A stretch of DNA of 64,000 bases, taken from assembly GCF_009914755.1 (NCBI RefSeq), contig NC_060933.1. One strand, given 5' to 3'. This DNA comes from the human T2T-CHM13v2.0 reference genome, Homo sapiens. Of the stretch, positions 14,001 through 27,865 are shown in pieces. The notes beneath the pieces were generated by a model that was not told the origin of the DNA, did no database searches, and saw only the letters and a list, made by a program, of their open reading frames with translations. Each line of letters begins with the position of its first letter. The first letter of the stretch is position 1. A program made the position numbers and the translations under genes.

Positions 14001-17000
14001 GGAATGGAATCAACCCGAGTGCAATGGAATGGAGTGGAATGGAATGGAATGGAATGGAACAACCCGAATGGAATGGAATGTAATGGAGAGTAAGGGAGTT
14101 GAATAGAATCATTCCGAATGTAATGGAATGGAATGGAACGGAATGGAATTGAATGGAATGGAATGGAATGCAGTGGAATGGAATCAACCCGAGTGCAATG
14201 GAATGGAGAGGAATGGAATGGAATCGAATGGAAACTACCCGAATGGAATGGAATGTAATGGAGTGTAAGGGAATTGAATAGAATCAATCCGAATGGAATG
14301 GAATGGAATGGAATGGAATGGAATGGAATCAACCAGAGTGCAATCGAATGGAATCGAATGGAAAGCAATGCAATGGAATGGATTCAAGTTGAATGGAATG
14401 GAAAGAATGGAACCAACACGAGTGGAATGGCATGGATTGGAATGGAATGGAATGGAATCAACCCGAGTACAGGGGAATGGAATGGAATGGAATGCAATGG
14501 AATGGAATCATCCGTAATGGAATGGAAAGGAATGGAATGGAATGGAATGGAATGGAATGGAATGGAATGGAATCAACTCGATTGCAATCGAATGGAATGG
14601 AATGGAATTAACCCAAATAGAATGGAATGGAATGGAATGGAACGGAACGGAATGGAATGGAATGGAATGGAATGGAATGGAACGGAACGGAACGGAACGG
14701 AATGGAATGGAATGGAATGGAATGGAATGGAATGGAATCAACGCGTGTGCAGGGGAATGGAACGGAATGGAATGCAATGGAATGGAATCTTCCGGAATGG
14801 AATGGATTGGAATGGTATGAAATGCAATGGATTCAACTCGATTGCAATGGAATGGAATAGAATGGAATGGAATAGAATGGAATGGAATTAACCCGAATAG
14901 AATGGAATGGAATGGAATGTAATGGAATGGAACGGAATGGAATGGAATGGAATGGAATGGAATGGAATGGTATGGAATGGAATGGAATGGTACGGAATAG
15001 AATGGAATGCAACGAATTGTAATGGAATGGAATTGAATGGAATGGAATGGAATGGAATGGAATCAACGCGAGTGCAAGGGAATGTAATGGAACGGAATGC
15101 AATGGAATGGAATCATCCGGAATGGAATGGAATGGAATGGAATGGAATCAACCCGAGTGCAATGGAATGGAGTGGAATGGAATGGAATGGAATGGAACAA
15201 CCCGAATGGAATGGAATGTAATGGAGAGTAAGGGAGTTGAATAGAATCAATCCGAATGTAATGGAACGGAATGCAACGGAATGGAATGGAATGGAATGGA
15301 ATGGAATGGAATGGAATTGAATGGAGTGGAATTGAATGGAATGGAATGCTTTCAAACCGAATGGAATGGAAAGGAATGGAATCAACACGAGTGGAATGGA
15401 ATGGAATGGAAAGGAATGGAATGGAATGGAATGGTACGGAATATAATGGAATGGAACGAAATGGAATGGAATGGAATGGAATGGAATGGAATGGAATAGA
15501 ATCGTTCCGAGTGGAATAGGAGGGAATGTATTCGAGTGGAATGGAAAGGAATGGAATCAACCAGAGTGGAATGGAAGGGAATGGAATGGAATGGAAACTA
15601 ATAGAATGGAATCAACCCGAGTGGAATGGAATGGAAAGGACTGGAATGGAATGGAATGGAATGGAATGGAATGGAATCAAATCGATTGTAATGGATTGGA
15701 ATGGAATGGAATAGAATGGAATGGAATGGAATGGAATGGAATTAACCCGAATACAACGGAATGGAATGGAATGGAAGGGAATGGAGTGGAATGGAATGGA
15801 ATCAACCCGAGTGCAGGGGAATGGAATGGAATGGAATGCAATGGAATGGAATCATCCGTAATGGAATGGAATGGAATGGAATGGAATGGAATGGAATGGA
15901 ATGGAATGGAATCTACTCGATTGCAATCGAATGGAATGGAATGGAATTAACCCGAATAGAATGGAATGGAATGGAATGGAACGGAATGGAATGGAACGGA
16001 ACGGAACGGAACGGAATGGAATGGAATGGAATGGAATGGAATAGAATCAACGCGAGTGCAGGGGAATGGAATGGAATGGAATGCAATGGAATGGAATCTT
16101 CCGGAATGCAATGGAATGGAATGGAAGGGAATGGAATGGAATGGAATGGAATCAACTCGATTGCAATCGAATGGAATGGAATGGAATTAACCCGAATAGA
16201 ATGGAATGGAATGGAATGGAACGGAACGGAACGGAACGGAATGGAATGGAATGGAATGGCACGGAAAGGAAAGGAATGGAACGGAATGGAATGGAATGGA
16301 ATGGAATGGAATGGAATCAACGCGAGTGCAGGGGAATGGAATGTAATGGAATGCAATGGAATGGAATCTTCCGGAATGGAATGGAATGGAATGGAATGGA
16401 ATCAACCCGAGTGCAATGGAATGGAGTGGAATGGAATGGAATGGAATGGAACAACCCGAATGGAATGGAATGTAATGGAGAGTAAGGGAGTTGAATAGAA
16501 TCATTCCGAATGTAATGGAACGGAATGGAACGGAATGGAATTGAATGGAATGGAATGGAATGCAATGGAATGAAATCAACCCGAGTGCAATGGAATGGAG
16601 AGGAATGGAATGGAATCGAATGGAAACTACCCGAATGGAATGGAATGTAATGGAGTGTAAGGGAATTGAATAGAATCAATCCGAATGTAATGGAATGGAA
16701 TGGAACGGAATGGAATGGAATGGAATGGAATGGAATGGAATGGAATGGAATCAACCCGAGTGCAATCGAATGGAATCGAATGGAATGCAATGCAATGGAA
16801 TGGATTCAACTTGAATGGAATGGAAAGAATGGAATCAACACGAGTGGAATGGCATGGATTGGAATGCAATGGAATGGAATCAACCCGAGTACAGGGGAAT
16901 GCAATGGAATGGAATGCAATGGAATGGAATCATCCATAATGGAATGGAAAGGAATGGAATGGAATGGAATGGAATGGAATGGAATGGAATCAACTCGATT

Positions 17001-17100
17001 GCAATCGAATGGAATGGAATGGAATTAACCCAAATAGAATGGAATGGAATGGAATAGAACGGAACGGAATGGAATGGAATGGAATGGAATGGAATGGAAC
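11100..17100 (+). repeat. Diverged tandem triplication (offsets ~2.8-2.9 kb, then ~2.4 kb)
   Basis: AATCATTCCGA variant at ~11181/14107/16499; CCCAAATAG at ~11711/14612/17030; TGCTTTCAAACCG at ~12526/15347; TAGAATCGTTCC at ~12666/15497; AATACAACGG at ~12914/15750. Confidence 0.7.
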
Positions 17101-20100
17101 GGAACGGAACGGAACGGAACGGAATGGAATGGAATGGAATGGAATCAACGTGAGTGCAGGGGAATGGAATGGAACGGAATGCAATGGAATGGAATCATCC
17201 GGAATGGAATGGTATGGAATGGAATGGAATCAACTCGATTGCAATCGAATGGAATGGAATGGAATTAACCCGAATAGAATGGAATGGAATGGAATGGAAT
17301 GGAATGGAATGGAATGGAATGGTATGGAATGGAATGGAATGGTACGGAATAGAATGGAATGGAACGAATTGTAATGGAATGGAATTGAATGGAATGGAAT
17401 GGAATGGAATGGAATGGAATCAACGTGAGTGCAGGGGAATGTAATGGAACGGAATGCAATGGAATGGAATGATCCGGAATGGAATGGTATGGAATGGAAT
17501 GGAATGGAATGGAATGGAATCAACCCGAGTGCAATGGAATGGAGTGGAATGGAATGGAATGGAATGGAACAACCCGAATGGAATGGAATGTAATGGAGAG
17601 TAAGGGAGTTGAATAGAATCAATCCGAATGTAATGGAATGGAATGCAACGGAATGGAATGGAATGGAATGGAATGGAATGCAATGGAATGCAATCAACCC
17701 GAGTACAATGGAATGGAATGGAATGGAATGGAATGGAATGGAATGGAATGGAATTGAATGGAATGGAATGGAATGATACGGAATAGAATGGAATGGAAAG
17801 AAATGGAATGGAATGGAATGGAATGGAATGGAATGGAATCGTTCCGAGTGGAATAGGAGGGAATGTATTCGAGTGGAATGGAAAGGAATGGAATCAACAA
17901 GAGTGGAATGGAAGGGAATGGAATGGAATGGAAACTAATAGAATGGAATCAACCCGAGTGGAATGGAATGGAAAGGACTGCAATGGAATGGAATGGAATG
18001 GAATCAACTCGATTGTAATGGAATGGAATGGAATGGAAAGGAATGGAATGGAATGGAATTAAACCGAATACAATGGAAGGGAATGGAATGGAATGGAAAC
18101 TAATAGAATGGAATCAACCCGAGTGGAATGGAATGGAAAGGACTGGAATGGAATGGAATGGAATGGAATCAACTCGATTGTAATGGAATGGAATGGAATG
18201 GAATGGAATGGAATGGAATGGAATTAACCCGAATACAATGGAATGGAATGGAAAGGAATGGAATGGAGGGGAATGGAATGGAATCAACCTGAGTGCAGGG
18301 GAATGGAATGGAATGGAATGCAATGGAATGGAATCATCCGGAATGGAATGGAATGGAATGGAATGCAAAGCAATGGAATCAACTCGATTGCAGTGGAATG
18401 GAATGGAATGGAAAGGAATACATTGGAATCAACCCGAGTGGAATGGAATGGAAAGGACTGGAATGGAGTGGAATGGAATGGAATGCAATGGAATGGAATG
18501 GAATGGAATCAACTTGATTGGAATGGAATGGAATGGAATGGAATGGAATGGAATCAACCCGAGTACAGGGGAATGGAATGGAGTGGAATGCAATGGAATG
18601 GAATCATCCGTAATGGAATGGAATGGAATGGAATGGAATGGAATGGAATGGAATGGAATGGAATGGAATCAACTCGATTGCAATAGAATGGAATGGAATG
18701 GAATTTACCCAAATAGAATGGAAAGGAATGGAATGGAACGGAACGGAATGGAATGGAATGGAATGGAATGGAGTGGACCGGAACGGAATGGAACGGAATG
18801 GAATGGAATGGAATCAACTCGATTGCAATCGAATGGAATGGAATGGAATTAACCCGAATAGAATGGAATGGAATGGAATGGAACGGAACGGAATGGAATG
18901 GAATGGAATGGAACGGAACGGAATGGAATGGAATGGAATGGAATGGAATCAACGCGAGTGCAGGGGAATGGAATGGAATGGAATGCAATGGAATGGAATG
19001 AAATGCAATGGATTCAACTCGATTGCAATGGAATGGAATAGAATGGAATGAAATGGAATGCAAAGCAATTAATACGAATAGAATGGAATGGAATGGAATG
19101 GAACGGAATGGAACGGAATGGAATGGAATGGAATGGAATGGAATGGTACGGAATAGAATGGAATGGAACGAATTGTAATGGAATGGAATTGAATGGAATG
19201 GAATGGAATGGAATCAACGCGAGTGCAGGGGAATGTAATGGAACGGAATGCAATGGAATGGAATCATCCGGAATGGAATGGAATGGAATGGAATGGAATG
19301 GAATCAACCCGAGTGCAATGGAATGGAGTGGAATGGAATGGAATGGAATGGAACAACCCGAATGGAATGGAATGTAATGGAGAGTAAGGGAGTTGAAAAG
19401 AATCAATCCGAATGTAATGGAATGGAATGCAACGGAATGGAATGGAATGGAATGGAATGGAATGGAATGGAATGGAATTAACCCGAATAGAATGGAATGG
19501 AATGGAATGGAACGGAATGGAACGGAATGGAACGGAATGGAAGGGAATGGAAGGGAATGGAATGGTATCGAATGGAATGGAATGGTACGGAATAGAATGG
19601 AATGGAACGAATTGTAATGGAATGGAATTGAACGGAATGGAATGGAATGGAATGGAATCAACGCGAGTGCAGGGGAATGTAATGGAACGGAATGCAATGG
19701 AATGGAATCATCCGGAATGGAATGGAATGGAATGGAATCAAACCGAGTGGAATGGCATGAAATGGAATGCAATGGAATGGAATGGAATGGAATCAACTCG
19801 AGTGGAAAGGAATGGAATGGAATGGAAAGGAATGGAATGAAATCAACTCGAGTGGAATGGAATGGAATGGAGTAGATTGGAATGGATTGCAACCGAATGA
19901 AATGGAATGGAATGGAATGGAATCAATCATTCCGAGTGGAATGGAAGGGAATGTAATGGAGTGGAAAGAAGGGAATGGAATCAACCCGATTGGAATGCAA
20001 GGCAATGGAAAGGAATGGAAAGGAATGGAATGGAATCAACTCGATTGCAATGGAATGGAATGGAATGGAATGGAATGGAATCAACTCGATTGCAATGGAA

Positions 20101-23100
20101 TGGAATGGAATGGAATGGAATGGAAAGGAATGGAATGGAATGAAATGGAATGGAATGGAATGCAATGGTATGGAATCAACCCGAGTGCAATCGAATGGAA
20201 TCGAATGGAATGGAATGCAATGGAATGGATTCAACTTGAAGGGAATGGAAAGAATGGAATCAACACGAGTGGAATGGCATGGATTGGAATGGAATGGAAT
20301 GGAATCAACCCGAGTACAGGGGAATGGAATGGAATGGAATGCAATGGAATGGAATCATCCGTAATGGAATGGAAAGGAATGGAATGGAATGGAATGGAAT
20401 GGAATGGCATGGAATGGAATCAACTCGATCGCAATCGAATGGAATGGAATGGAATTAACCCGAATAGAATGGAATGGAATGGAATGGAACGGAACGGAAC
20501 GGAACGGAACGGAATGGAATCCAATGGAATGGAACGGAAAGGAATGGAATGGAATGGAATGGAATGGAATGGAATGGAATGGAATCAACGCGAGTGCAGG
20601 GGAATGGAATGTAATGGAATGTAATGGAATGGAATCTTCCGGAATGGAATGGAATGGAATGGAATCAACCCGAGTGCAATGGAATGGAGTGGAATGGAAT
20701 GGAACGGAATGGAACAACCCGAATGGAATGGAATGTAATGGAGAGTAAGGGAGTTGAATAGAATCAATCCGAATGTAATGGAATGGAATGGAACGGAATG
20801 GAATTGAATGGAATGGAATGGAATGCAATGGAATGGAATCAACCCGAGTGCAATGGAATGGAGAGGAATGGAATGGAATGGAGTGGAAACTACCCGAATG
20901 GAATGGAATGTAATGGAGTGTAAGGGAATTGAATAGAATCAATCCGAATGTAATGGAATGGAATGGAACGGAATGGAATGGAATGGAATGCAATGGAATG
21001 GAATCAACCCGAGTGCAATCGAATGGAATCGAATGGAATGGAATGCAATGGAATGGATTCAACTTGAATGGAATGGAAAGAAGGGAATCAACACGAGTGG
21101 AATGGCATGGATTGGAATGGAATGGAATGGAATCACCCCGAGTACAGGGGAATGGAATGGAATGGAATGCAATGGAATGGAATCATCCGTAATGGAATGG
21201 AAAGGAATGGAATGGAATGGAATGGAATGGAATGGAATGGAATCAACTCGATTGCAATCGAATGGAATGGAATGGAATTAACCCGAATAGAATGGAATGG
21301 AATGGAATGGAACGGAATGGAATGGAATGGAATGGAATGGAATGGAACGGAACGGAACGGAATGGAATGGAATGGAATGGAATGGAATGGAATCAATGCG
21401 AGTGCAGGGGAATGGAATGGAATGGAATGCAATGTAATGGAATCTTCCGGAATGGAATGGAATGGAATGGAATGGAATGAAATGCAATGGATTCAACTCG
21501 ATTGCAATGGAATGGAATAGAATGGAATGGAATTGAATGGAATGGAATTAACCCGAATAGAATGGAATGGAATGCAATGGAACGGAATGGAACGGAATGG
21601 AATGGAATGGAATGGAATGGAATGGTATGGAATGGAATGGAATGGTACGGAATAGAATGGAATGGAACGAATTGTAATGGAATGGAATTGAATGGAATGG
21701 AATGGAATCAACGCGAGAGCAGGGGAATGTAATGGAACGGAATGCAATGGAATGGAATCATCCGGAATGGAATGGAATGGAATGGAATGGAATCAACCCG
21801 AGTGCAATGGAATGGAGTGGAATTGAATGGAATAGAATGGAACAACCCGAATGGAATGGAATGTAATGGAGAGTAAGGGAGTTGAATAGAATCAATCCGA
21901 ATGTAATGGAATGGAATGCAACGGAATGGAATGGAATGGAATGGAACGGAATGCAATGGAATGGAATCAACCCGAGTACAATGGAATGGAATGGAATGGA
22001 ATGCAATGGAATGGAATGGAATGGAATGGAATGTCTTCAAACGGAATGGAATGGAAAGGAATGGAATCAACACGAGTGGAATGGAATGGAATGGAATGGA
22101 ACGGAATGGAATGGAATGATATGGAATAGAATGGAATGGAACGAAATGGAATGGAATGGAATGGAATGGAATGGAATGGAATGGAATGGAATCGTTCCGA
22201 GTGGAATAGGAGGGAATGTATTCGAGTGGAATGGAAAGGAATGGAATCAACCAGAGTGGAATGGAAGGGAATGGAATGGAATGCAAACTAATAGAATGGA
22301 ATCAACCAGAGTGGAATGGAATGGAAAGGACTGGAAAGGAATGGAATGGAATGGAATGGAATTAACCCGAATACAATGGAATGGAATGGAATGGAACGGA
22401 ATGGAGTGGAATGGAATGGAATCAACCCGAGTGCAGGGGAATGGAATGGAATGGAATGCAATGGAATGGAATCATCCGGAATGGAATGGAATGGAATGGA
22501 ATGCAAAGCAATGGAATCAACTCGATTGCAATGGAATGGAATGGAATGGAAAGGAATACATTGGAATCAACCCGAGTGGAATGGAATGGAAAGGACTGGA
22601 ATGGAGTGGAATGGAATGGAATGGAATGGAATGGAATCAACTGGATTGGAATGGAATGGAATGGAATGGAATGGAATGGAATGCAATGGAATTAACCCGA
22701 ATAGAATGGAATGGAATGGAATGGAACGGAACGGAACGGAATGTAATGTAATGGAATGGAATGGAATGGAATGGAATCAACCCGACTGCAGGGGAATGGA
22801 ATGGAATGGAATGCAATGGAATGGATTCAACTTGAATGGAATGGAAAGAATGGAATCAACAAGAGTGGAATGGCATGGATTGGAATGGAATGGAATTGAA
22901 TCAACCCGAGTACAGGGGAATGGAATGGAATGGAATGCAATGGAATGGAATCATCCGTAATGGAATGGAAAGGAATGGAATGGAATGGAATGGAATGGAA
23001 TGGAATGGAATGGAATCAACTCGATTGCAATCGAATGGAATGGAATCGAATTAACCCGAATAGAATGGAATGGAATGGAATGGAATGGAACGGAATGGAA

Positions 23101-25989
23101 CGGAAAGGAATGGAATGGAATGGAATCAACGCGAGTGCAGGGGAATGGAATGGAATGGAATGCAATGGAATGGAATCTTCCGGAATGGAATGGAATGGAA
23201 TGGAATGGAATGGAATCAACCCGAGTGCAATGGAATGGAGTGGAATGGAATGGAATGGAATGGAACAACCCGAATGGAATGGAATGTAATGGAGAGTAAA
23301 GGAGTTGAATAGAGTCAATCCGAATGTAATGGAATGGAATGGAACGGAATGGAATGGAATGGAATGGAATGGAATGGAATGCAATGGAATGGAATCAACC
23401 CGAGTGCAATGGAATGGAGAGGAATGGAATGGAATGGAATGGAAACTACCCGAATGGAATGGAATGTAATGGAGTGTAAGGGAATTGAATAGAATCAATC
23501 CGAATGTAATGTAATGGAATGGAACGGAATGGAATGGAATGGAATGGAATGGAATGGAATGCAATGGAATGGAATCAACCCGAGTGCAATCGAATGGAAT
23601 CGAATGGAATGGAATGCAATGGAATGGATTCAACTTGAATGGAATGGAAAGAATGGAATCAACACGAGTGGAAGGGCATGGATTGGAATGGAATGGAATG
23701 GAATCAACCCGAGTACAGGGGAATGGAATGGAATGGAATGCAATGGAATGGAATCATCCGTAATGGAATGGAAAGGAATGGAATGGAATGGAATGGAATG
23801 GAATGGAATGGAATGGAATCAACTCGATTGCAATCGAATGGAATGGAATGGAATTAACCCGAATAGAATGGAATGGAATGGAATGAAACGGAATGGAATG
23901 GAATGGAATGGAATGGAATGGAATGGAATGGAACGGAACAGAAAGGAATGGAATGGAATGGAATGGAATGGAATGGAATGGAATGGAATGGAATCAACGC
24001 GAGTGCAGGGGAATGGCATGGATTGGAATGCAATGGAATGGAATCTTCCGGAATGGAATGGAATGGAATGGAATGAAATGCAATGGATTCAACTCGATTT
24101 CATTGGAATGGAATAGAATGGAAAGAAATGGAATGGAATGGGATTAACCCGAATAGAATGGAATGGAATGGAATGGAATGGAATGGAACGGAATGGAATG
24201 GAATGCAATGGAATGGAATGAAATGGAATGGTATGGAATAGAATGGTACGGAATAGAATGGAATGGAACGAATTGTAATGGAATGGAATTGAATGGAATG
24301 GAATGGAATGGAATCAACGCGAGTGCAGGGGAATGTAATGGAACGGAATGCAATGGAATGGAATCATCCGGAATGGAATGGAATAGAATGGAATGGAATG
24401 GAATGCAACAACCCGAATGGAATGGAATGTAATGGAGAGTAAGGGAGTTGAATAGAATCAATTCGAATGTAATGGAATGGAATGCAACGGAATGGAATGG
24501 AATGGAATGGAATGGAATGGAATGGAATGGAATGGAATGCAAAGGAATGGAATCAACCCGAGTGGAATGGCATGGAATGGAATGCAATGGATTGGAATGG
24601 AATGGAATCAACTCGAGTGGAAAGGAATGGAATGGAATGGAAAGGAATGGAATGAAGTCAACTCGAGTGGAATGGAATGGAATGGAATGGATTGGAATGG
24701 ATTTCAATGGAATGAAATGGAATGGAATGGAATGGAATCAATCATGGAAGGGAATGTAATGGAGTGGAAAGAAGGGAATGGAATCAACCCGAGTGGAATG
24801 CAAGGCAATGGAATGGAATGGAAAGGAATGGAATGGAATCAACTCGATTGCAATGGAATGGAATGGAATGGAATGGAATGGAATGGAATGGAATGGAATG
24901 GAATGAACCGGAATAGAATGGAATGGAATGGAATGGAAAGGAATGGAATGGAATGGAAGGGAATGGAATCAACACGAGTGCAGGGGAATGGAATGGAATG
25001 GAATGCAATGGAATGGAATCATCCGGAATGGAATGGAATGGAATGGAATCAACTCCATTGCAATGGAATGGAATGGAATGGAATGGAATAGAATTTAATG
25101 GAATTAACCCGAATAGAATGGAATGCAATAGAATGGAATGCAACGGAACCGAATGGAGTGGAATGGAATGGAATGGAATCTACCCGAGTACAGGGGAATG
25201 GAATGGAATGGAATGCAATGCAATGGAGTCATCCGTAATGGAATGGAAAGGAATGGAATGGAATGGAATGGAATGGAATGGAATGGAATCCACTCGATGG
25301 CAATCGAATGGAATGGAATGGAATTAACCCAAATAGAATGGAATGGAATGGAATGGAACGGAACGGAATGGAATGGAATGTAATGGAATGGAATGAATGG
25401 AATGGAATGGAATCAACGCGAGTGCAGGGGAATGGAATGGAATGGAATGCAATGGAATGGAATCTTCCGGAATGGAATGGAATGGAATGCAATGGAATGA
25501 AAGACAATGGATTCAACTCGATTGCAAAGGAATGGAATAGAATGGAATGGAATGGAATGGAATGGAACGGAATGGAATTGAATGGAATGGAATGCCTTCA
25601 AACCGAATGGAATGGAAAGGAATGGAATCAACACGAGAGGAAAGGAATGGAATGGAAAGGAATGCAATGGAATGGAATGGTACGGAATAGAACGGAATGG
25701 AACGAACTGGAATGGAATGGAATGGAATGGACTGGAATGGAATGGAATGGAGTCGTTCCGAGTGGAATAGGAGGGAATGTATTCGAGTGGAATGGAAAGG
25801 AATGGAATCAACCAGAGTGGCATGGAAGGGAATGGAATGGAATGGAAACTAATAGAATGGAATCAACCCGAGTGGAATGGAATGGAAAGGACTGGAATGG
25901 AATGGAATGGAATGGAATGGAATCAACTCGATTGTAATGGAATGGAATGGAATGGAATGGAATGGAATGGAATGGAATGGAATGGAATG

Positions 25990-27865
25990 GAATTAACCCG
26001 AATACAATGGAATGGAATGGAATGGAACAGAATGGAGTGGAATGGAATGGAATCAAACCGAGTGCAGGGGAATGGAATGGAATGGAATGCAATGGAATGG
26101 AATCTTCCGGAATGGAATGCAATTGAATGGAATCAACCCGAGTGCAATGGAATGGAGTGGAATGTAATGGAATGGAATGGAACAAACCGAATGGAATGGA
26201 ATGTAATGGAGAGTAAGGGAGTTGAATAGAAACAATCTGAATGTAATGGAATGGAACGGAATGGAATGGAATGGAATGGAATGGAATGGAATGGAATGGA
26301 ATGGAATGCAATGGAATGGAATCAACCCGGGTGCAATCGAATGGAATCGAATGGAATGGAATGCAATGGAATGGATTCAACTTGAATGGAATGGAAAGAA
26401 TGGAATCAACACGAGTGCAATGGCATGGATTGGAATGGAATGGAATGGAATCAACCCGAGTACAGGGGAATGGAATGGAATGGAATGCAATGGAATGGAA
26501 TAATCCGTAATGGAATGGATAGGAATGGAATGGAATGGAATGGAATGGAATGGAATGGAATCAACTCGATTGCAATCGAACGGAATGGAATGGAATTAAC
26601 CCGAATAGAATGGAATGGAATGGAATGGAACGGAACGGAACGGAATGGAATGGAATGGAATGGAATGGAACGGAAAGGATTGGAATGGAATGGAATGGAA
26701 TGGAATGGAACGGAATGGAATCAACGCGCGGGCAGGGGAATGGAATGGAATCGAATGCAATGGAATGGAATGGAATGGATTGGAATCAACCCGAGTGCAG
26801 GGGAATGTAATGGAACGGAATGCAAGGGAATGGAATCATCCGGAATGGAATGGAATGGAATGGAATGGAATCAACCCGAGTGCAATGGAATGGAGTGGAA
26901 TGGAATGGAATGGAATGGAATGGAATGGAATGAACCCGAATACAATGGAATGGAATGGAATGGAACGGAATGGAGTGGAATGGAATGGAATCAACCCGAG
27001 TGCAGGGGAATGGAATGGAATGGAATGCAATGGAATGGAATCTTCCGGAATGGAATGCAATTGAATGGAATCAACCCGAGTGCAATGGAATGGAGTGGAA
27101 TGGAATGGAATGGAATCGAACAAACCGAATGGAATGGAATGTAATGGAGAGTAAGGGAGTTGAATAGAAACAATCTGAATGTAATGGAATGGAACGGAAT
27201 GGAATGGAATGGAATGGAATGGAATGGAATGGAATGGAATGCAATGGAATGGAATCAACCCGAGTGCAATCGAATGGAATCGAATGGAATGGAATGCAAT
27301 GGAATGGATTCAACTTGAATGGAATGGAAAGAATGGAATCAACACGAGTGCAATGGCATGGATTGGAATGGAATGGAATGGAATCAACCCGAGTACAGGG
27401 GAATGGAATGGAATGGAATGCAATGGAATGGAATAATCCGTAATGGAATGGATAGGAATGGAATGGAATGGAATGGAATGGAATGGAATGGAATCAACTC
27501 GATTGCAATCGAATGGAATGGAATGGAATTAACCCGAATAGAATGGAATGGAATGGAATGGAACGGAACGGAACGGAATGGAATGGAATGGAATGGAATG
27601 GAACGGAAAGGATTGGAATGGAATGGAATGGAGTGGAATGGAACGGAATGGAATCAACGCGAGGGCAGGGGAATGGAATGGAATCGAATGCAATGGAATG
27701 GAATGGAATGGATTGGAATCAACCCGAGTGCAGGGGAATGTAATGGAACGGAATGCAAGGGAATGGAATCATCCGGAATGGAATGGAATGGAATGGAATG
27801 GAATCAACCCGAGTGCAATGGAATGGAGTGGAATGGAATGGAATGGAATGGAATCAACCCGAGTG
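25990..27865 (+). repeat. Near-identical tandem duplication, period ~933-938 bp (2 copies)
   Basis: Private variants repeated: AACAATCTGA 26231/27169, ACGAGTGCAATGGCATGG 26411/27344, TAATCCGTAATGGAATGGATAGG 26501/27434, TGCAAGGGAA 26821/27754. Near-identical ORF translations start at 26386 and 27319. Confidence 0.92.
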
